Assembly: GCA_902595745.1 (NCBI GenBank)
Contig: CACJRE010000001.1
Location: forward strand, 1,281-65,280
Reading direction: 5' to 3'
DNA: 64,000 nucleotides
From: an uncultured Pelagibacteraceae bacterium
GTDB taxonomy: Bacteria > Pseudomonadota > Alphaproteobacteria > Pelagibacterales > Pelagibacteraceae
A program made the translations under genes and the position numbers. The notes under the pieces are model-generated. The model was not told the origin of the DNA and made no database searches. It saw only the letters and a list, made by a program, of their open reading frames with translations. Every line of letters starts with the position of its first letter. Position 1 is the first letter of the stretch. Of the stretch, positions 49,832-61,170 are shown piece by piece.

Positions 49832-50290
49832 TTATTGTATCGTATCAGCTGAAGTAACGTTCACTGTAATTTCAGCATCAACTTCAGAGTGTAAAGAAAC
49901 TTTTACCTTAAACTTTCCTAAAGATTTAATTTCTTCAATTGGTTGTATCATTGAAGGTTTGATATCAACTTTATTTTTCTCTTGAATTAATTTTGCAATT
50001 TCAGTTGGTTTAACGGAACCGTACAATTCATTGTTTTCGGTGCTAAGTTTTTTAACCCCATACTCCTTACCGTTAATTTGCTCTGAAATTTGTGATGCTT
50101 CTTTTTTCTTCTCGTTGTCCTTCTTTGATAAATCTGCTTTTATCTTTTCAACCTCTGAAATATTTTCTTTAGAAGCGTATAACGCTTTTTTGTTAGCAAT
50201 TAAAAAATTTCTGGCATAACCTCTTTTAACCTCTATTACTTCACCAATAGAGCCAATTCTTTTTACGTTTTCTAATAAAATTACTTTCAT
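49832..50290 (-). CDS. rplI: 50S ribosomal protein L9
   Basis: MKVILLE...VKRGYARNFL and LYGSV motifs. Confidence 0.96.
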   Translation of the reverse strand: MKVILLENVKRIGSIGEVIEVKRGYARNFLIANKKALYASKENISEVEKIKADLSKKDNEKKKEASQISEQINGKEYGVKKLSTENNELYGSVKPTEIAKLIQEKNKVDIKPSMIQPIEEIKSLGKFKVKVSLHSEVDAEITVNVTSADTIQ

Positions 50291-50291
50291 T

Positions 50292-50564
50292 TTATATTAA
50301 AGCTAGATTTCTAGCTCTTTTAATTGATAGGGATAATTCTCTTTGCTTCTTTTGAGAAACATTTGTAATTCTTGATGGTAAAATTTTACCATTCTCAGAC
50401 ATGTATTTTTTTAAAAGTCTTACATTTTTGTAATCAACTTCAGGTGCACCTTTACCTGATAATGGGCAAGTTTTTTTAAATTTATATTTATTTGGTTGGA
50501 AAATACTTAATTTAGCAAAATTGCTTTGTTTACCTTTTTTGTTACCACTTTGTCTTTTAGGCAT
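50292..50564 (-). CDS. rpsR: 30S ribosomal protein S18
   Basis: [15 protein letters not shown] and IKRAR motifs. Confidence 0.96.
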   Translation of the reverse strand: MPKRQSGNKKGKQSNFAKLSIFQPNKYKFKKTCPLSGKGAPEVDYKNVRLLKKYMSENGKILPSRITNVSQKKQRELSLSIKRARNLALI

Positions 50565-50566
50565 AA

Positions 50567-50926
50567 TTAGTTTTTTTGACTCTCTTTTTCTTTTTTGTCG
50601 TTATCATCTCTTTTAGCAAAGTAATTAGCTTCAAGATCAAACTTTTTAACTCTAACTGTTAAGTATCTTAATAATTTTTTATCTATAGCTTCATTTTTTT
50701 CTAACTCATCAATTACATTACCTTTTCCTTTAATTTTAAAGTGAATGTAACTACCTTTTTTATTTTTTTTAATTAAGTAAGATAAGTTTAATAAACCCCA
50801 ATTTTCTGTTTTAACAATTTCACCTTCATTTTTTTCAACAATTTTAGAATATTTTTCTGTTAATTGCTTGATTTCACTTGGTGAAGTATCTTGTCTGGCT
50901 ATAATAGTATGTTCGTATAAATTCAT
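50567..50926 (-). CDS. rpsF: 30S ribosomal protein S6
   Basis: YEH, ENWG..L.Y.IKK and LRYL motifs; rpsF-rpsR-rplI order. Confidence 0.95.
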   Translation of the reverse strand: MNLYEHTIIARQDTSPSEIKQLTEKYSKIVEKNEGEIVKTENWGLLNLSYLIKKNKKGSYIHFKIKGKGNVIDELEKNEAIDKKLLRYLTVRVKKFDLEANYFAKRDDNDKKEKESQKN

Positions 50927-51013
50927 TTAAGTTCTTTAATAAAAAGTGTGGATATACTATTATAAATGTTCAATTACAATAGTTAAAAAGGCAAAATTAA
51001 TAGTTTTTTTTAT

Positions 51014-51940
51014 ATGTTTTCAGTAATTTTTCCAGGTCAAGGTTCACAAATGGTTGGTATGGGAAAGGAATTCTATGAAAATTTTGACCTAGTCAAAAAC
51101 CTATTTAAAGAAGCTGATGATACATTAAGTTTTTCAATTTCTAAGCTCATATTAGAAGGCCCAAAAGAGGAATTAGATCTAACCGCTAATACTCAGCCTG
51201 CAATATTTTTAATCAGCTATGCGATTTATAGTGTAGTTCAAAAAGAATTTAATATTGATTTAAGTAAAGCAAAGTATTTTGCTGGACATTCATTAGGTGA
51301 ATATTCGGCTTTATCTTGTGCAGGCTACTTAAATTTTTCAGACACTCTGAAAATTTTAAGGATAAGAGGGGATGCTATGCAAAACTCGGTTCCAAAGGGT
51401 GAAGGTGGCATGGTTGCAGTATTAGGCACAACAGTTGAAATAATTGAAAAAATATTAAAAGATAATGAGCAAAATTTAAATGTTCAAATTGCAAATGATA
51501 ATTCTGAAGGTCAGATTGTATTGAGCGGTAAAACTAATGATTTAGAGAAATTAATTTTAATTTTAAAAGAAAATACTATCAAAAATATTAAACTTCCAGT
51601 AAGTGCACCTTTTCATTGCAGTTTAATGAACAAAGCTACAAGCATAATGAGTGATGAGTTAAATAAATTAAAATTCATAGATGGAAATATTAAATTAATT
51701 TCAAATGTAACCGCAAATGAAATTTCAAATACTGTTGAACTTAAAGACTTATTGATAAAACAAATTGAAAATAGAGTTAGATGGAGAGAGAGCGTGATTA
51801 ATATGATTAATAGTGAAGTAAATCATTTTATTGAAATAGGTCCTGGTAAAGTTTTGTCAGGTTTAGTCAAAAGAATTAGTAAAGAGGTAAAAATAGATAC
51901 AATTAACAACCCAGGAGATATTGAAGGTTTAAAAATATGA
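51014..51940 (+). CDS. fabD: Malonyl-CoA:ACP transacylase
   Basis: FPGQGSQ, GHSLGEY and SAPFH motifs. Confidence 0.96.
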   Translation: MFSVIFPGQGSQMVGMGKEFYENFDLVKNLFKEADDTLSFSISKLILEGPKEELDLTANTQPAIFLISYAIYSVVQKEFNIDLSKAKYFAGHSLGEYSALSCAGYLNFSDTLKILRIRGDAMQNSVPKGEGGMVAVLGTTVEIIEKILKDNEQNLNVQIANDNSEGQIVLSGKTNDLEKLILILKENTIKNIKLPVSAPFHCSLMNKATSIMSDELNKLKFIDGNIKLISNVTANEISNTVELKDLLIKQIENRVRWRESVINMINSEVNHFIEIGPGKVLSGLVKRISKEVKIDTINNPGDIEGLKI

Positions 51941-52674
51941 ACAATTTAGAAAAAAAAAATATTATTGTAACTGGTGCGTCAGGTGGAATAGGAAATGCTA
52001 TCATAAAAAAACTAAATGAAGCTGGAGCAAATATCTTAGCTTCAGGGACTAGAATTGAAAAGTTAGAGGAGCTTAAAAAGAATTATGAAAATATTAAAAT
52101 ATTAAAATTTGATATTTCTCAAAGCGATAAAATTGAGGAATTTATTGAAAATGCAACAAATGAATTAGGCGGAAGTTTGGATGGGATAGTAAATAATGCT
52201 GGGATAACCCAAGATAATCTTGCTATTAGAATGAATTTAGATGAATGGCAAAAAGTAATAAATATTAATTTAACATCAACTTTTTTAATGAGCAAATTTG
52301 CTATAAAAAAAATGCTTAAAAATAAATCTGGAAAAATTGTAAATATAACATCAGTAGTTGGCCACACTGGTAACTTAGGGCAATCTAACTATACCGCATC
52401 AAAAGCTGGAATTGTTGCGATGTCAAAAAGTCTTGCAATAGAATATGCCAAAAAAAACATAAATATAAATTGTATTTCACCAGGATTTATTAAAACAGCA
52501 ATGACTGATAAAATTGATGAGAAATTTAAAGAAGTGATCATATCGAAAATACCATCAGCTCGTCTTGGTGAGCCTGATGATATTGCAAATGCTGTATTAT
52601 TTTTAAGTTCAGACCAGTCTGATTATATTAATGGGGAGACATTGCATGTTAATGGGGGCATGTATATGGCTTGA
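51937..52674 (+). CDS. fabG: 3-oxoacyl-ACP reductase
   Basis: TGASGGIG, NNAGIT, NYTASK and LHVNGGM motifs. Confidence 0.96.
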   Translation: MNNLEKKNIIVTGASGGIGNAIIKKLNEAGANILASGTRIEKLEELKKNYENIKILKFDISQSDKIEEFIENATNELGGSLDGIVNNAGITQDNLAIRMNLDEWQKVININLTSTFLMSKFAIKKMLKNKSGKIVNITSVVGHTGNLGQSNYTASKAGIVAMSKSLAIEYAKKNININCISPGFIKTAMTDKIDEKFKEVIISKIPSARLGEPDDIANAVLFLSSDQSDYINGETLHVNGGMYMA

Positions 52675-52698
52675 CAAAATAGCTTTTTAAACTATTAA
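52671..52698 (+). promoter_or_regulatory. Putative sigma-70 promoter for acpP
   Basis: Perfect TTGACA overlapping the fabG stop, 16-bp spacer, TATTAA. Confidence 0.45.
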
Positions 52699-52723
52699 GA
52701 ATTTATAACTAAAAAGGATCAAT

Positions 52724-52963
52724 ATGTCAGAAGACGTTTCAAGCAAGGTAAAAAAAATTGTAGCTGATCACTTAGGTATCGATGAAGCAAAAGTAACAGA
52801 AGAATCTAGTTTTATAGATGATTTAGGTGCTGATAGCTTAGATACAGTTGAATTAGTGATGGCTTTTGAAGAAGAATTTGGATCTGAAATTTCAGATAGC
52901 GAAGCTGAGAAAATTTTAACTGTTGGAGATGCAGTTAAGTTTATCGAAGGAAAAGCGAACTAA
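52724..52963 (+). CDS. acpP: Acyl carrier protein
   Basis: [14 protein letters not shown] motif. Confidence 0.97.
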   Translation: MSEDVSSKVKKIVADHLGIDEAKVTEESSFIDDLGADSLDTVELVMAFEEEFGSEISDSEAEKILTVGDAVKFIEGKAN

Positions 52964-52971
52964 TATTTTTA

Positions 52972-53604
52972 ATGCCTTCAGAAAATGATGGCGTAATGAT
53001 TGTTTTATCCTCTCCGTCAGGAGCGGGTAAAACCACATTAGTTAAAATGTTATCCAAAATGGATAACTATGAAATCTCTATTTCACATACAACACGTCAA
53101 CCAAGACCCAATGAGTCAAATAATAAAGATTATTATTTTGTTAATGAAGGTGAATTTAAGAGATTAATTAATAATCAAGAATTTCTCGAATACGCAAAAG
53201 TATTTAATAACTTTTACGGAACTACCAGAACACCAGTTATTGATAGATTAAATAAAGGTAAAAATGTTTTATTTGATATTGATTGGCAAGGAGCGGATCA
53301 AATCAAAAATAAAAAGTTAGATTATAAGCTGATAACTTTTTTTATTTTACCTCCAAGTAAAGAAGTTTTATTTGAAAGATTGTCCAATAGAGACATGAAA
53401 GATAAATTAATAGCTGAAGAAAGAATGAAGCAATTTGAAAGAGATGTGCTTCACTGGATAAATTATGATTATGTTGTAATTAATGATAATTTAGAAAACT
53501 GCTATTCTAGAATTATCAATTTAATTAATGCCGAAATTTCTAATGGTTCTAAAGATTATGATTTGGAATATATAAGAAATCATGTTGAAAAATTAACTTC
53601 TTAA
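52972..53604 (+). CDS. gmk: Guanylate kinase
   Basis: [17 protein letters not shown] and DIDWQG motifs. Confidence 0.96.
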   Translation: MPSENDGVMIVLSSPSGAGKTTLVKMLSKMDNYEISISHTTRQPRPNESNNKDYYFVNEGEFKRLINNQEFLEYAKVFNNFYGTTRTPVIDRLNKGKNVLFDIDWQGADQIKNKKLDYKLITFFILPPSKEVLFERLSNRDMKDKLIAEERMKQFERDVLHWINYDYVVINDNLENCYSRIINLINAEISNGSKDYDLEYIRNHVEKLTS

Positions 53605-54375
53605 GTTTTCATACTCAATTGTTAATTTATAATATGTATCAAAATCTAAGTTTTGAGGTCTTAAATTTAAATCTAGATTAAATTTATTCAATAAATCAGT
53701 TTTTCCATTAAATATTTGATTAAATGGTTTTTTTAACATTTTTCTCCTGTGACTGAAAAATATTCTTGTAATTTTTTCTAAATTTATTGGATTTTTAATT
53801 TCAGCAAATTTTTTTTTAGGAGTGAAGTGAATTAAAGTGCTTTGTATTTTAGGTCTAGGTGAAAAACTTTCAGGTGAAATATCGCAAATTTTGTTAATGT
53901 TAAGTCTCCAATTCGCTAGTATTGACAATCTGCCATAAGCAGAGGTGTTAGATTGAGCTATAATTCTATCTGCTACTTCTTTTTGAAACATTAAGACAAG
54001 ATCAGTAAACCAACATTCTTCTTTTAAATTAACAATCCAATTACTTAAAATTTCAGTAGAAATATTATATGGCAAGTTTCCAAATACTTTGACTTTTTTT
54101 GATAATGAGTTTTCATCAAATTTAAGAATATCTTCGTTAAAAATTTGAACTCTTTCATCAACTATTTCATTCAAAGATTTTGCTAATAAAGTATCTTTTT
54201 CAATAAGGTACATTTTAGTTGGATCTTTTTTCAAAATTTCTTTTGTAAGATTACCAGTTCCTGGGCCAACTTCTAAAATCTCATTATCTGTAATGGAAAC
54301 AGTATTAACTATTTTATCGATTATATTTTTATCAACTAAAAAATTTTGACCCAGACTTTTTTTTGCTTTAATCAC
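53593..54375 (-). CDS. rsmA: 16S rRNA m6(2)A dimethyltransferase
   Basis: [24 protein letters not shown] and FQKEVA motifs. Confidence 0.96.
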   Translation of the reverse strand: MIKAKKSLGQNFLVDKNIIDKIVNTVSITDNEILEVGPGTGNLTKEILKKDPTKMYLIEKDTLLAKSLNEIVDERVQIFNEDILKFDENSLSKKVKVFGNLPYNISTEILSNWIVNLKEECWFTDLVLMFQKEVADRIIAQSNTSAYGRLSILANWRLNINKICDISPESFSPRPKIQSTLIHFTPKKKFAEIKNPINLEKITRIFFSHRRKMLKKPFNQIFNGKTDLLNKFNLDLNLRPQNLDFDTYYKLTIEYENLRS

Positions 54376-55335
54376 TTAAAAATCTAGGAATTTAATTGAG
54401 TTATACAAACTTAAATAATTAGATTTATTTTTACCAAGCATAGCCTCATTAGGACCGTGATCAGGGGAAACTCTAATAAATGGAAGACCTATTGTTATAT
54501 TTATTGCATCATATTCAAATAAGGTTTTAAGAGGTGTAAGCACTTGGTCATGATACATTCCAACAATTAAATCAAACTTTTTTCTATTATTTTTTAAAAA
54601 AATAGTATCTGCAGCGTAAGGGCCTTGTACATTGTATTTAAGTTTTTTTAATCTTTTAATAGCAGGAGAAACAATGCTTTTATCCTCATTAAAATTATCA
54701 ATACTTTCACAGTGTGGATTAAGTCCTGTGATCCCAATTTTGATTTTTTTATTGAATTTTGTTTTCCAAAATTTATTTATAAGTCTTACTTTCTTAATTA
54801 ATTCTAATTTATTTATTCTTTTAGAAACATATTTAATTGGAAGATGAGTGGTCATCGGGCATACAGAAAGTTTTTTATTATAAATAATCATTGCGAATTC
54901 TTTGGTATTAGTCTTTTTTGCTAAATACTCTGTGATCCCATTGAATTTGTTTTTCAAAAAAGTTTTCTTGGAGATAGGCCCGTTGATTAATTTATTAGAA
55001 ATATCTTTTTTAATCAATCTCAAGGCTATATCAAAACAAGATGAAATGTATTTATTTGATTTGGATGAAATTTTATTAAATGCTTTTTTCTGCTTTAATT
55101 CTACATTAATTAAATTTATTTTTTTTAATTTTTTTTTCCTTTCAATTAAATCATTTTCATTAATAAGATTTAGGTTAATTTTATAACTTAGAAGTTTAGC
55201 TTGATTAAGAATTAATTTTTCTGAAGCAATCAATATAATAGGTGATTTAATCTTTTTTTTGATAACTTTAAAAAAAATTTCAAAAAAAATACTATTTGGT
55301 TCTCCACCAACAATTATAATTGGTTTATAATTCAT
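54376..55335 (-). CDS. pdxA: 4-hydroxythreonine-4-phosphate dehydrogenase
   Basis: TTHLP, GLNPH, MYHDQ and RVSPDHG motifs. Confidence 0.93.
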   Translation of the reverse strand: MNYKPIIIVGGEPNSIFFEIFFKVIKKKIKSPIILIASEKLILNQAKLLSYKINLNLINENDLIERKKKLKKINLINVELKQKKAFNKISSKSNKYISSCFDIALRLIKKDISNKLINGPISKKTFLKNKFNGITEYLAKKTNTKEFAMIIYNKKLSVCPMTTHLPIKYVSKRINKLELIKKVRLINKFWKTKFNKKIKIGITGLNPHCESIDNFNEDKSIVSPAIKRLKKLKYNVQGPYAADTIFLKNNRKKFDLIVGMYHDQVLTPLKTLFEYDAINITIGLPFIRVSPDHGPNEAMLGKNKSNYLSLYNSIKFLDF

Positions 55336-56254
55336 CTATTTGTAGATTTTTTTTAACTTTATTAAAATAAATTTTTGAATATTGATTTAATTGGTTATTT
55401 TTTTCAAAATTAGTTAATTTTTTTAATTCATTTTCTATATCAACTTCAATTTGAATATTTTTAATATCATTAATTTTTAAAATTAAGAAACCACTTGAAA
55501 TGTTAATAGGTTTCGTAAAATCATTAATTTTTAAATCTTTTATCGCATCTTTAATTTGTTCATTAAGAGAATTTTCGTTGATCCAATCTAATTTACCTCC
55601 AACTTTAGAAGTTGCAGAGACACTATATTTTAAAGCAGCAAAATCAAAACCTTTATTATTTATTACATCACTTATCTCTATGTATTTACTTTCTAAGTCA
55701 TTTAAATTTGAAACTTCAAAAGAAATTTCAGATAACAAATATGATTTTAAAAGTTTATTATTTTCTTGTATTTTTTTTCTCAGATTGTCTTCATTAATAT
55801 TAACTTTTGAAGAATACTTAATTAAGATTAATTCATTCCAAAGAGCTTCAATTTCTAGCTTATTTTTTACATTTTCAAAATCAATATTATTAAGTTCTAA
55901 ATATTTTTTAAAATCATTTATATTTTCTATACCTATTTTTAAATAGACGCTCTGCAAAATTCTATCTAAGAATTTTTCTGGAATTTCTGGATTATTGAAA
56001 TTTTTTTCAATCTCGATTTTTTTTATTCTTTCATTTATAATCGATCTTTTTGAAAGTTTAATAATATCTTTTTTTTTTGAATTTCTTAGCTTTGGGTTGA
56101 GTGCAATTAAGTATTTATATTCATTGTTTACATCTAGACTTGTAATAATTTGGTTATCAATCTTTACTAATATTTTGTTTTCAATACTAAATGAATTAGG
56201 GCTGTAAATTAAGAAAATAGACGTCAAATATATTAAAATTATCTTTTTAAACAT
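55325..56254 (-). CDS. SurA-like periplasmic chaperone/parvulin, divergent
   Basis: Signal peptide; IITSLD and A.KYS...GGKLDW motifs; lptD-surA-pdxA-rsmA synteny. Confidence 0.7.
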   Translation of the reverse strand: MFKKIILIYLTSIFLIYSPNSFSIENKILVKIDNQIITSLDVNNEYKYLIALNPKLRNSKKKDIIKLSKRSIINERIKKIEIEKNFNNPEIPEKFLDRILQSVYLKIGIENINDFKKYLELNNIDFENVKNKLEIEALWNELILIKYSSKVNINEDNLRKKIQENNKLLKSYLLSEISFEVSNLNDLESKYIEISDVINNKGFDFAALKYSVSATSKVGGKLDWINENSLNEQIKDAIKDLKINDFTKPINISSGFLILKINDIKNIQIEVDIENELKKLTNFEKNNQLNQYSKIYFNKVKKNLQIDEL

Positions 56255-56262
56255 TTATTTAG

Positions 56263-58926
56263 CTATCTTTTGATACCAGCTTCATAAGTCGCTAGAGGAA
56301 TTAGTGTTATAGAAAATAATAAATCTTCTGTTGGTTTCAAATCATCATCTTGGTAGAAACTTTTTTTAAATTTTAAAGCAGCTGTTAAACAATCATTTTT
56401 ATATTCATAACTAAGATCATAATATTCTGTTAAATTTATTTCTTTATTTCTCCTTGTAGAAAATTTTAAAGAGGAATTTTCATTAATCATAAATTCCGTA
56501 TCATTTGAAATCATATGTGTTGACCCAATTAAATTTCTTTTTTCAATATAATTAAATGATGTAACAAAATTATTCATTGAAATATTTGTTGAAATTGAAT
56601 GAGAATTTATGGTTTTCAAATTATTATCTAATGAAAAATCATAATTGAAATTAAAATTATTAAATAAACTATTATTAATTGACCCAAATATATCAGATTC
56701 TTTTTTGTTGATTGTTGAGCTTATTGGAATATCATTTTCAAATTTATCTCTAACAACGGTTGCTAGTTTAATCTCAAAATATTTGTCTTTTGTGTTTTCC
56801 GATATATCATTTTCTAGTGGATCAAATTTGTAGTCAAAACCAAACGTAAGAGATCTTCCAGCTTCAAAAACATCAGAAATACCAAGTCTATTAATATCAT
56901 ACACATTGCTTGCAGTAATATTTGATAGTGAGTTGCTATAGTTATCCATATTATTCCCTGGGTTTATTCTTAAAGAAATTTTTGGAGTAAATATTTGTCT
57001 ATTCATATTTGTTGATTTTAATAATGGTAGAGCAGAGTCAATTTTTAAAATACCCATTCCATCACTTTCTATACTAGATGAATAGAGAGTATCTTTTTTT
57101 CCTGCTGAATTTATATTTTTTAAATATAGATCAAAATTATTTATAAAACCTAAATTTGATATGGAATCTTTAGAATTAAAAACAAGATCATTAACAACAG
57201 TTGTTCTTAAATTATTTGTATTTGAAAGTTTGTTAATCCCTGATGAATAAAAGTTCAAATAGCCATTAATTGGATAGTCTGTAATCGTTGAAGAAATATT
57301 TTTTGAAAAATCATAATATGGCAAAGTATATTGATATCTATCACTATGTTTCACTCCTAAATTCTCATAAACTTCTATACCAGTTGTTAAATTTTGACCT
57401 TCTTTCTCAAGATAGAGTTTTACGTTTGAGTTTAATGTTGTTTGACTTTTTGGTATTAAGGGAGTGTCAAATAAATTATTTTCAAAAACTTTTAAATATG
57501 TGTCGTTTGTAACTCTTTCAATTCTTGCTTCGAATTTACTTTCTAGAAAATTGGTAAAACTCAGATCACTATTATAATTTAAAAATAAATGATTAATATT
57601 TTTAGTTTTACTATTCGTTGATGATTTATAATCTCTTAAAAAAGCAAAATCAGCAATAAGTGATGAGTTTTTTTCTTTTTTTCTAAACTCAGTTTGTAAA
57701 ATATATTTTTCTTTTTCAAATTTTGAAAATTTTTCAAAAAATGTTGGTTTAAAAGTTAAATCTTTATTAGAACCAAGAGTTTTAAAATAAGGTATATTAA
57801 TTGATGAGCCTAATGTTTTTGAATTATTTAATCGAGGTTGTAAAAAACCACTTCTTCTCTCTACGGTTGAATCAGGATGAAAAAATTTAGGAAAATACAG
57901 TATAGGTACATCATATACTTTAAGGATCGCATTTTTATAAATCATATCTTTTTTAATTTTATCATGCGTTATTTTTTCAGCTTTTATACTCCAGGGAGGG
58001 CAATCATCATTAAATTTGCAGCTGGTAAAAATTGCATTATTAAATACAGTTTTGCTATGGTCACTTAATGAGGATGAACTATAAATTCTAGGATCGTTAT
58101 TTTTATCTCCAAATACATCTTTGTGAATATTAATCTTAGTTTTTTTCGCTAAATGATTTTTTTTCTTAAAATTAAAAAAACCATCTTCAAAAAAGTATCT
58201 ATCTATTTTGTTTTTTTCAACTTTTGCTAAAACCTCAATTTTTTCTCCTTTTAGCAAACCTTCAGCAATATTATATGAGAAGCTGTCTAGTTTATAAATA
58301 TTTCCACTATCATCTTTTATCGATGCTTTGTTTCTAGAAAATATATCTTCATCATTTCTAAAATAATAAATGTCACTTGAATTAAATTTGTATTTTTTTT
58401 GAACTAAAGCTTTAGTTGTTCCTTTTGTATAAATCTTTTCTTCACTTTTTATGTAAGATATTTCATCTGCATAAATTTTTGTATCTTTACTATAATCATG
58501 AATTTCAGCATTTTTTTTTGCTTTAAAAGTATTGAGGTTTTTGTCATATTCAAGTTCGTTAGCACTTATGTTATTATTTTCCTCAACAACTTTTGAATTG
58601 CCAATTGTAAATATTTTTTCATCATTTTTATGATAAATTACTTTATCAGCAGTAATTACAATATTTTTAATTTTATCTAAATATTTTACTAAACCAGTTA
58701 TTTCCAAAATATTCGTTTGTTTATTGTAAAAAAAATTTTCACCAGTAATAGTACTACCGTCATCAGAAATTACTTTTCCTCCATTAGAGCCATTGATTTT
58801 ATTTCCATTTTCTAAAATTTCAATTTCCGCAATATTAAATGTGAATGCCTCATTTGCATTTACATAACTAAATGAAAAAAAAATCCAGACTAATAAGATT
58901 AAAGAGTTTAAAAATTTACTTTTCAT
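56263..58926 (-). CDS. lptD: LPS assembly outer-membrane protein LptD
   Basis: FTSC...CPPW, RRSGFL.P and YEYKNDC motifs; synteny. Confidence 0.88.
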   Translation of the reverse strand: MKSKFLNSLILLVWIFFSFSYVNANEAFTFNIAEIEILENGNKINGSNGGKVISDDGSTITGENFFYNKQTNILEITGLVKYLDKIKNIVITADKVIYHKNDEKIFTIGNSKVVEENNNISANELEYDKNLNTFKAKKNAEIHDYSKDTKIYADEISYIKSEEKIYTKGTTKALVQKKYKFNSSDIYYFRNDEDIFSRNKASIKDDSGNIYKLDSFSYNIAEGLLKGEKIEVLAKVEKNKIDRYFFEDGFFNFKKKNHLAKKTKINIHKDVFGDKNNDPRIYSSSSLSDHSKTVFNNAIFTSCKFNDDCPPWSIKAEKITHDKIKKDMIYKNAILKVYDVPILYFPKFFHPDSTVERRSGFLQPRLNNSKTLGSSINIPYFKTLGSNKDLTFKPTFFEKFSKFEKEKYILQTEFRKKEKNSSLIADFAFLRDYKSSTNSKTKNINHLFLNYNSDLSFTNFLESKFEARIERVTNDTYLKVFENNLFDTPLIPKSQTTLNSNVKLYLEKEGQNLTTGIEVYENLGVKHSDRYQYTLPYYDFSKNISSTITDYPINGYLNFYSSGINKLSNTNNLRTTVVNDLVFNSKDSISNLGFINNFDLYLKNINSAGKKDTLYSSSIESDGMGILKIDSALPLLKSTNMNRQIFTPKISLRINPGNNMDNYSNSLSNITASNVYDINRLGISDVFEAGRSLTFGFDYKFDPLENDISENTKDKYFEIKLATVVRDKFENDIPISSTINKKESDIFGSINNSLFNNFNFNYDFSLDNNLKTINSHSISTNISMNNFVTSFNYIEKRNLIGSTHMISNDTEFMINENSSLKFSTRRNKEINLTEYYDLSYEYKNDCLTAALKFKKSFYQDDDLKPTEDLLFSITLIPLATYEAGIKR

Positions 58927-59989
58927 TTATATTCAATAACATTACCACATTTATTAAACTTAAAAATATGATGGGAGTCCATACTGACACTAATATAGGA
59001 AGTTTTTCAGTAGAACCCATTACATTAAAAAAGTTGTTTATATAATAAATTATTACTGAAAAAAATAGACCAATAATAATCTTAATGACTTTGCTGTTCG
59101 ATTTTTTTGTATTTAGCATAATAATTGAAGATAGAATAGTCATTATGACTAATATCAGAGGGTATGTTGCAATTTTATAAATTTGCATATCAACATCTAC
59201 AGTAGAATAATTTAATGATTTATAATTTTGTCTCAAATCAATAAGTTTTAGAAGTGAAAGAGATGATAAATTAGAAAACAAACTTTCAATTTTTTTTTGA
59301 TTAAAATTTGATTTAAACTTTATTAAGTCTTTTTTCTTACTTACATTCTCTTCAAATATCGTCACATCGTAAATTAACCATTCATTATTCTTTATGTCGA
59401 TTTTGTCACTTTTGAGACTTTTAACTAAATTAAATTCATCATCAAAAGTTGTTATAAAAGTGTTAGTTAAGAAATTATTATCTATTTTTGATGAATTTAT
59501 AATACTAGTTTGACCATTGATAACATCTTTCATCCATAATCCATTTTTATTAATAACGGCTAAATAAAGTTTATCATCAGAAAATTGATTCTTAATCTGT
59601 AGATAATAATGCTGTAAATTTGATGAAAATGAATAAAATATAGTTATTACCAAAATACCAATAATAAAACTAACTAGACTTAAAATGTTAATTATTTTAA
59701 TATTTTTTAAGCCTGAATATTTAAAAATATTTATTTCATCATTATTAAACAACTTAAGAAAAAAAAACTGCGTTGCTATCAAAAAAATAAATGGAAACAT
59801 TTCAAAAATAATTGATGGCGAACTCATAACAGACAGATAAATTGGGTAAAGCGAATGTGCTTCTTTGTTACTAAAAAAATCAATTTCTTTTAAAATATTT
59901 AGAATTAATACAAGACAAATCATTATAAAAAAGACATTTAGAAATGATTTAAGGAATCCATTGATTAAAAATTTTGTATATGTCTTCAT
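58916..59989 (-). CDS. lptG: LPS export permease LptG-like
   Basis: YjgP/Q topology; NDEINIFKYSGL and GLWMKD motifs. Confidence 0.8.
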   Translation of the reverse strand: MKTYTKFLINGFLKSFLNVFFIMICLVLILNILKEIDFFSNKEAHSLYPIYLSVMSSPSIIFEMFPFIFLIATQFFFLKLFNNDEINIFKYSGLKNIKIINILSLVSFIIGILVITIFYSFSSNLQHYYLQIKNQFSDDKLYLAVINKNGLWMKDVINGQTSIINSSKIDNNFLTNTFITTFDDEFNLVKSLKSDKIDIKNNEWLIYDVTIFEENVSKKKDLIKFKSNFNQKKIESLFSNLSSLSLLKLIDLRQNYKSLNYSTVDVDMQIYKIATYPLILVIMTILSSIIMLNTKKSNSKVIKIIIGLFFSVIIYYINNFFNVMGSTEKLPILVSVWTPIIFLSLINVVMLLNINEK

Positions 59990-61110
59990 TTTGTGACTCT
60001 TTTAAATAACTTTAATTTGTAAATAAACGCTGTGTAAACTAATAAAGTTATGATCATTGGAAGAATTAAAATTAAAATATTTTTTTGTATATTATTTGAA
60101 ATATATCCAAGTGAACTTTCAGAAAGTATTATAAGACCAAGACCAAGCAAAAAAATTAAATATTTATGTTTACTGTATTGAAGATTTTCCTTTGAGGTCA
60201 ATACAAATAAAAGAGAAATTAATATCAAAACTGGTAAGTAAAATGGATTTATTAATCTTTTAAATAATGCTTTATAAATATTAATCGGATTAGTTTGATC
60301 ACAATTTATTATGTTGTAGTTTTTTTTTTCAAAAATAGATTTTACACATCTTATCAAAGAAACTGTTGATTGCTCTTGCATCTTTTTGTGAGTTACTAAA
60401 TGTGAGTGCATATCTCCTAGTCCAAAATCCGATTTAGAAAAATCAAAATTTGTGACCTTATTTTTATTTTGATTTAAAGTTTGGCCATCATAGAGTACAA
60501 GAACTTTTTTATTTCCTTTTGTTTCAAAAACTCCTTTTTTAGCAAATGTGATTTGAAACCCTTTTTCATAGTTATTTTTTTTAATATAAATATTTTTTAA
60601 CTCTCCCTTTTCATTCTTGTCTTCAGCAAATATAGTGAGTCCTTTGATCGTATCATTAAATTTTTTTGGTTTTATTAATCCTTCAAAATAATCTACATTA
60701 GAACTTCTTAATTTTGATCTTGCCATTTCCTGAGATTTTGGAACAATGATTGACATTAGTAAAATTTGTACCAACATAATTAAAATGGAAATCCAGAAAA
60801 AAAAATTTACTAAGCTTATTTTGTTAACACCATGATTCCAAAATATAATTAATTCATTGTTTGCCTCATATTTGATAAATGTATAAGAAAAACTAATAAA
60901 AAGTGCAAAAGGCAGAATCCTACTTATGATTTTTGGAAAATTCAGAAGAGTATAATTTAAATAGACATTATAATTCCTACCATCCTCAATCATGATATCT
61001 AAAAAATTTACTGCTTGAAAAACCCAAATAATTAAACTGATGCCAAATAAAGCCAAAAAGAAAAATGTTATACAGTCAAGCAACAATTTTCTAAAAATAA
61101 TTTTTTTCAT
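59986..61110 (-). CDS. lptF: LPS export permease LptF-like
   Basis: YjgP/Q topology; NELIIFWNHGV motif; divergent from pepA. Confidence 0.8.
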   Translation of the reverse strand: MKKIIFRKLLLDCITFFFLALFGISLIIWVFQAVNFLDIMIEDGRNYNVYLNYTLLNFPKIISRILPFALFISFSYTFIKYEANNELIIFWNHGVNKISLVNFFFWISILIMLVQILLMSIIVPKSQEMARSKLRSSNVDYFEGLIKPKKFNDTIKGLTIFAEDKNEKGELKNIYIKKNNYEKGFQITFAKKGVFETKGNKKVLVLYDGQTLNQNKNKVTNFDFSKSDFGLGDMHSHLVTHKKMQEQSTVSLIRCVKSIFEKKNYNIINCDQTNPINIYKALFKRLINPFYLPVLILISLLFVLTSKENLQYSKHKYLIFLLGLGLIILSESSLGYISNNIQKNILILILPMIITLLVYTAFIYKLKLFKRVTK

Positions 61111-61170
61111 TGAATTTTCTTAATTTTAACAATATATAGCACTCTACTCGTAAGGAGTGTATTTAAATTT

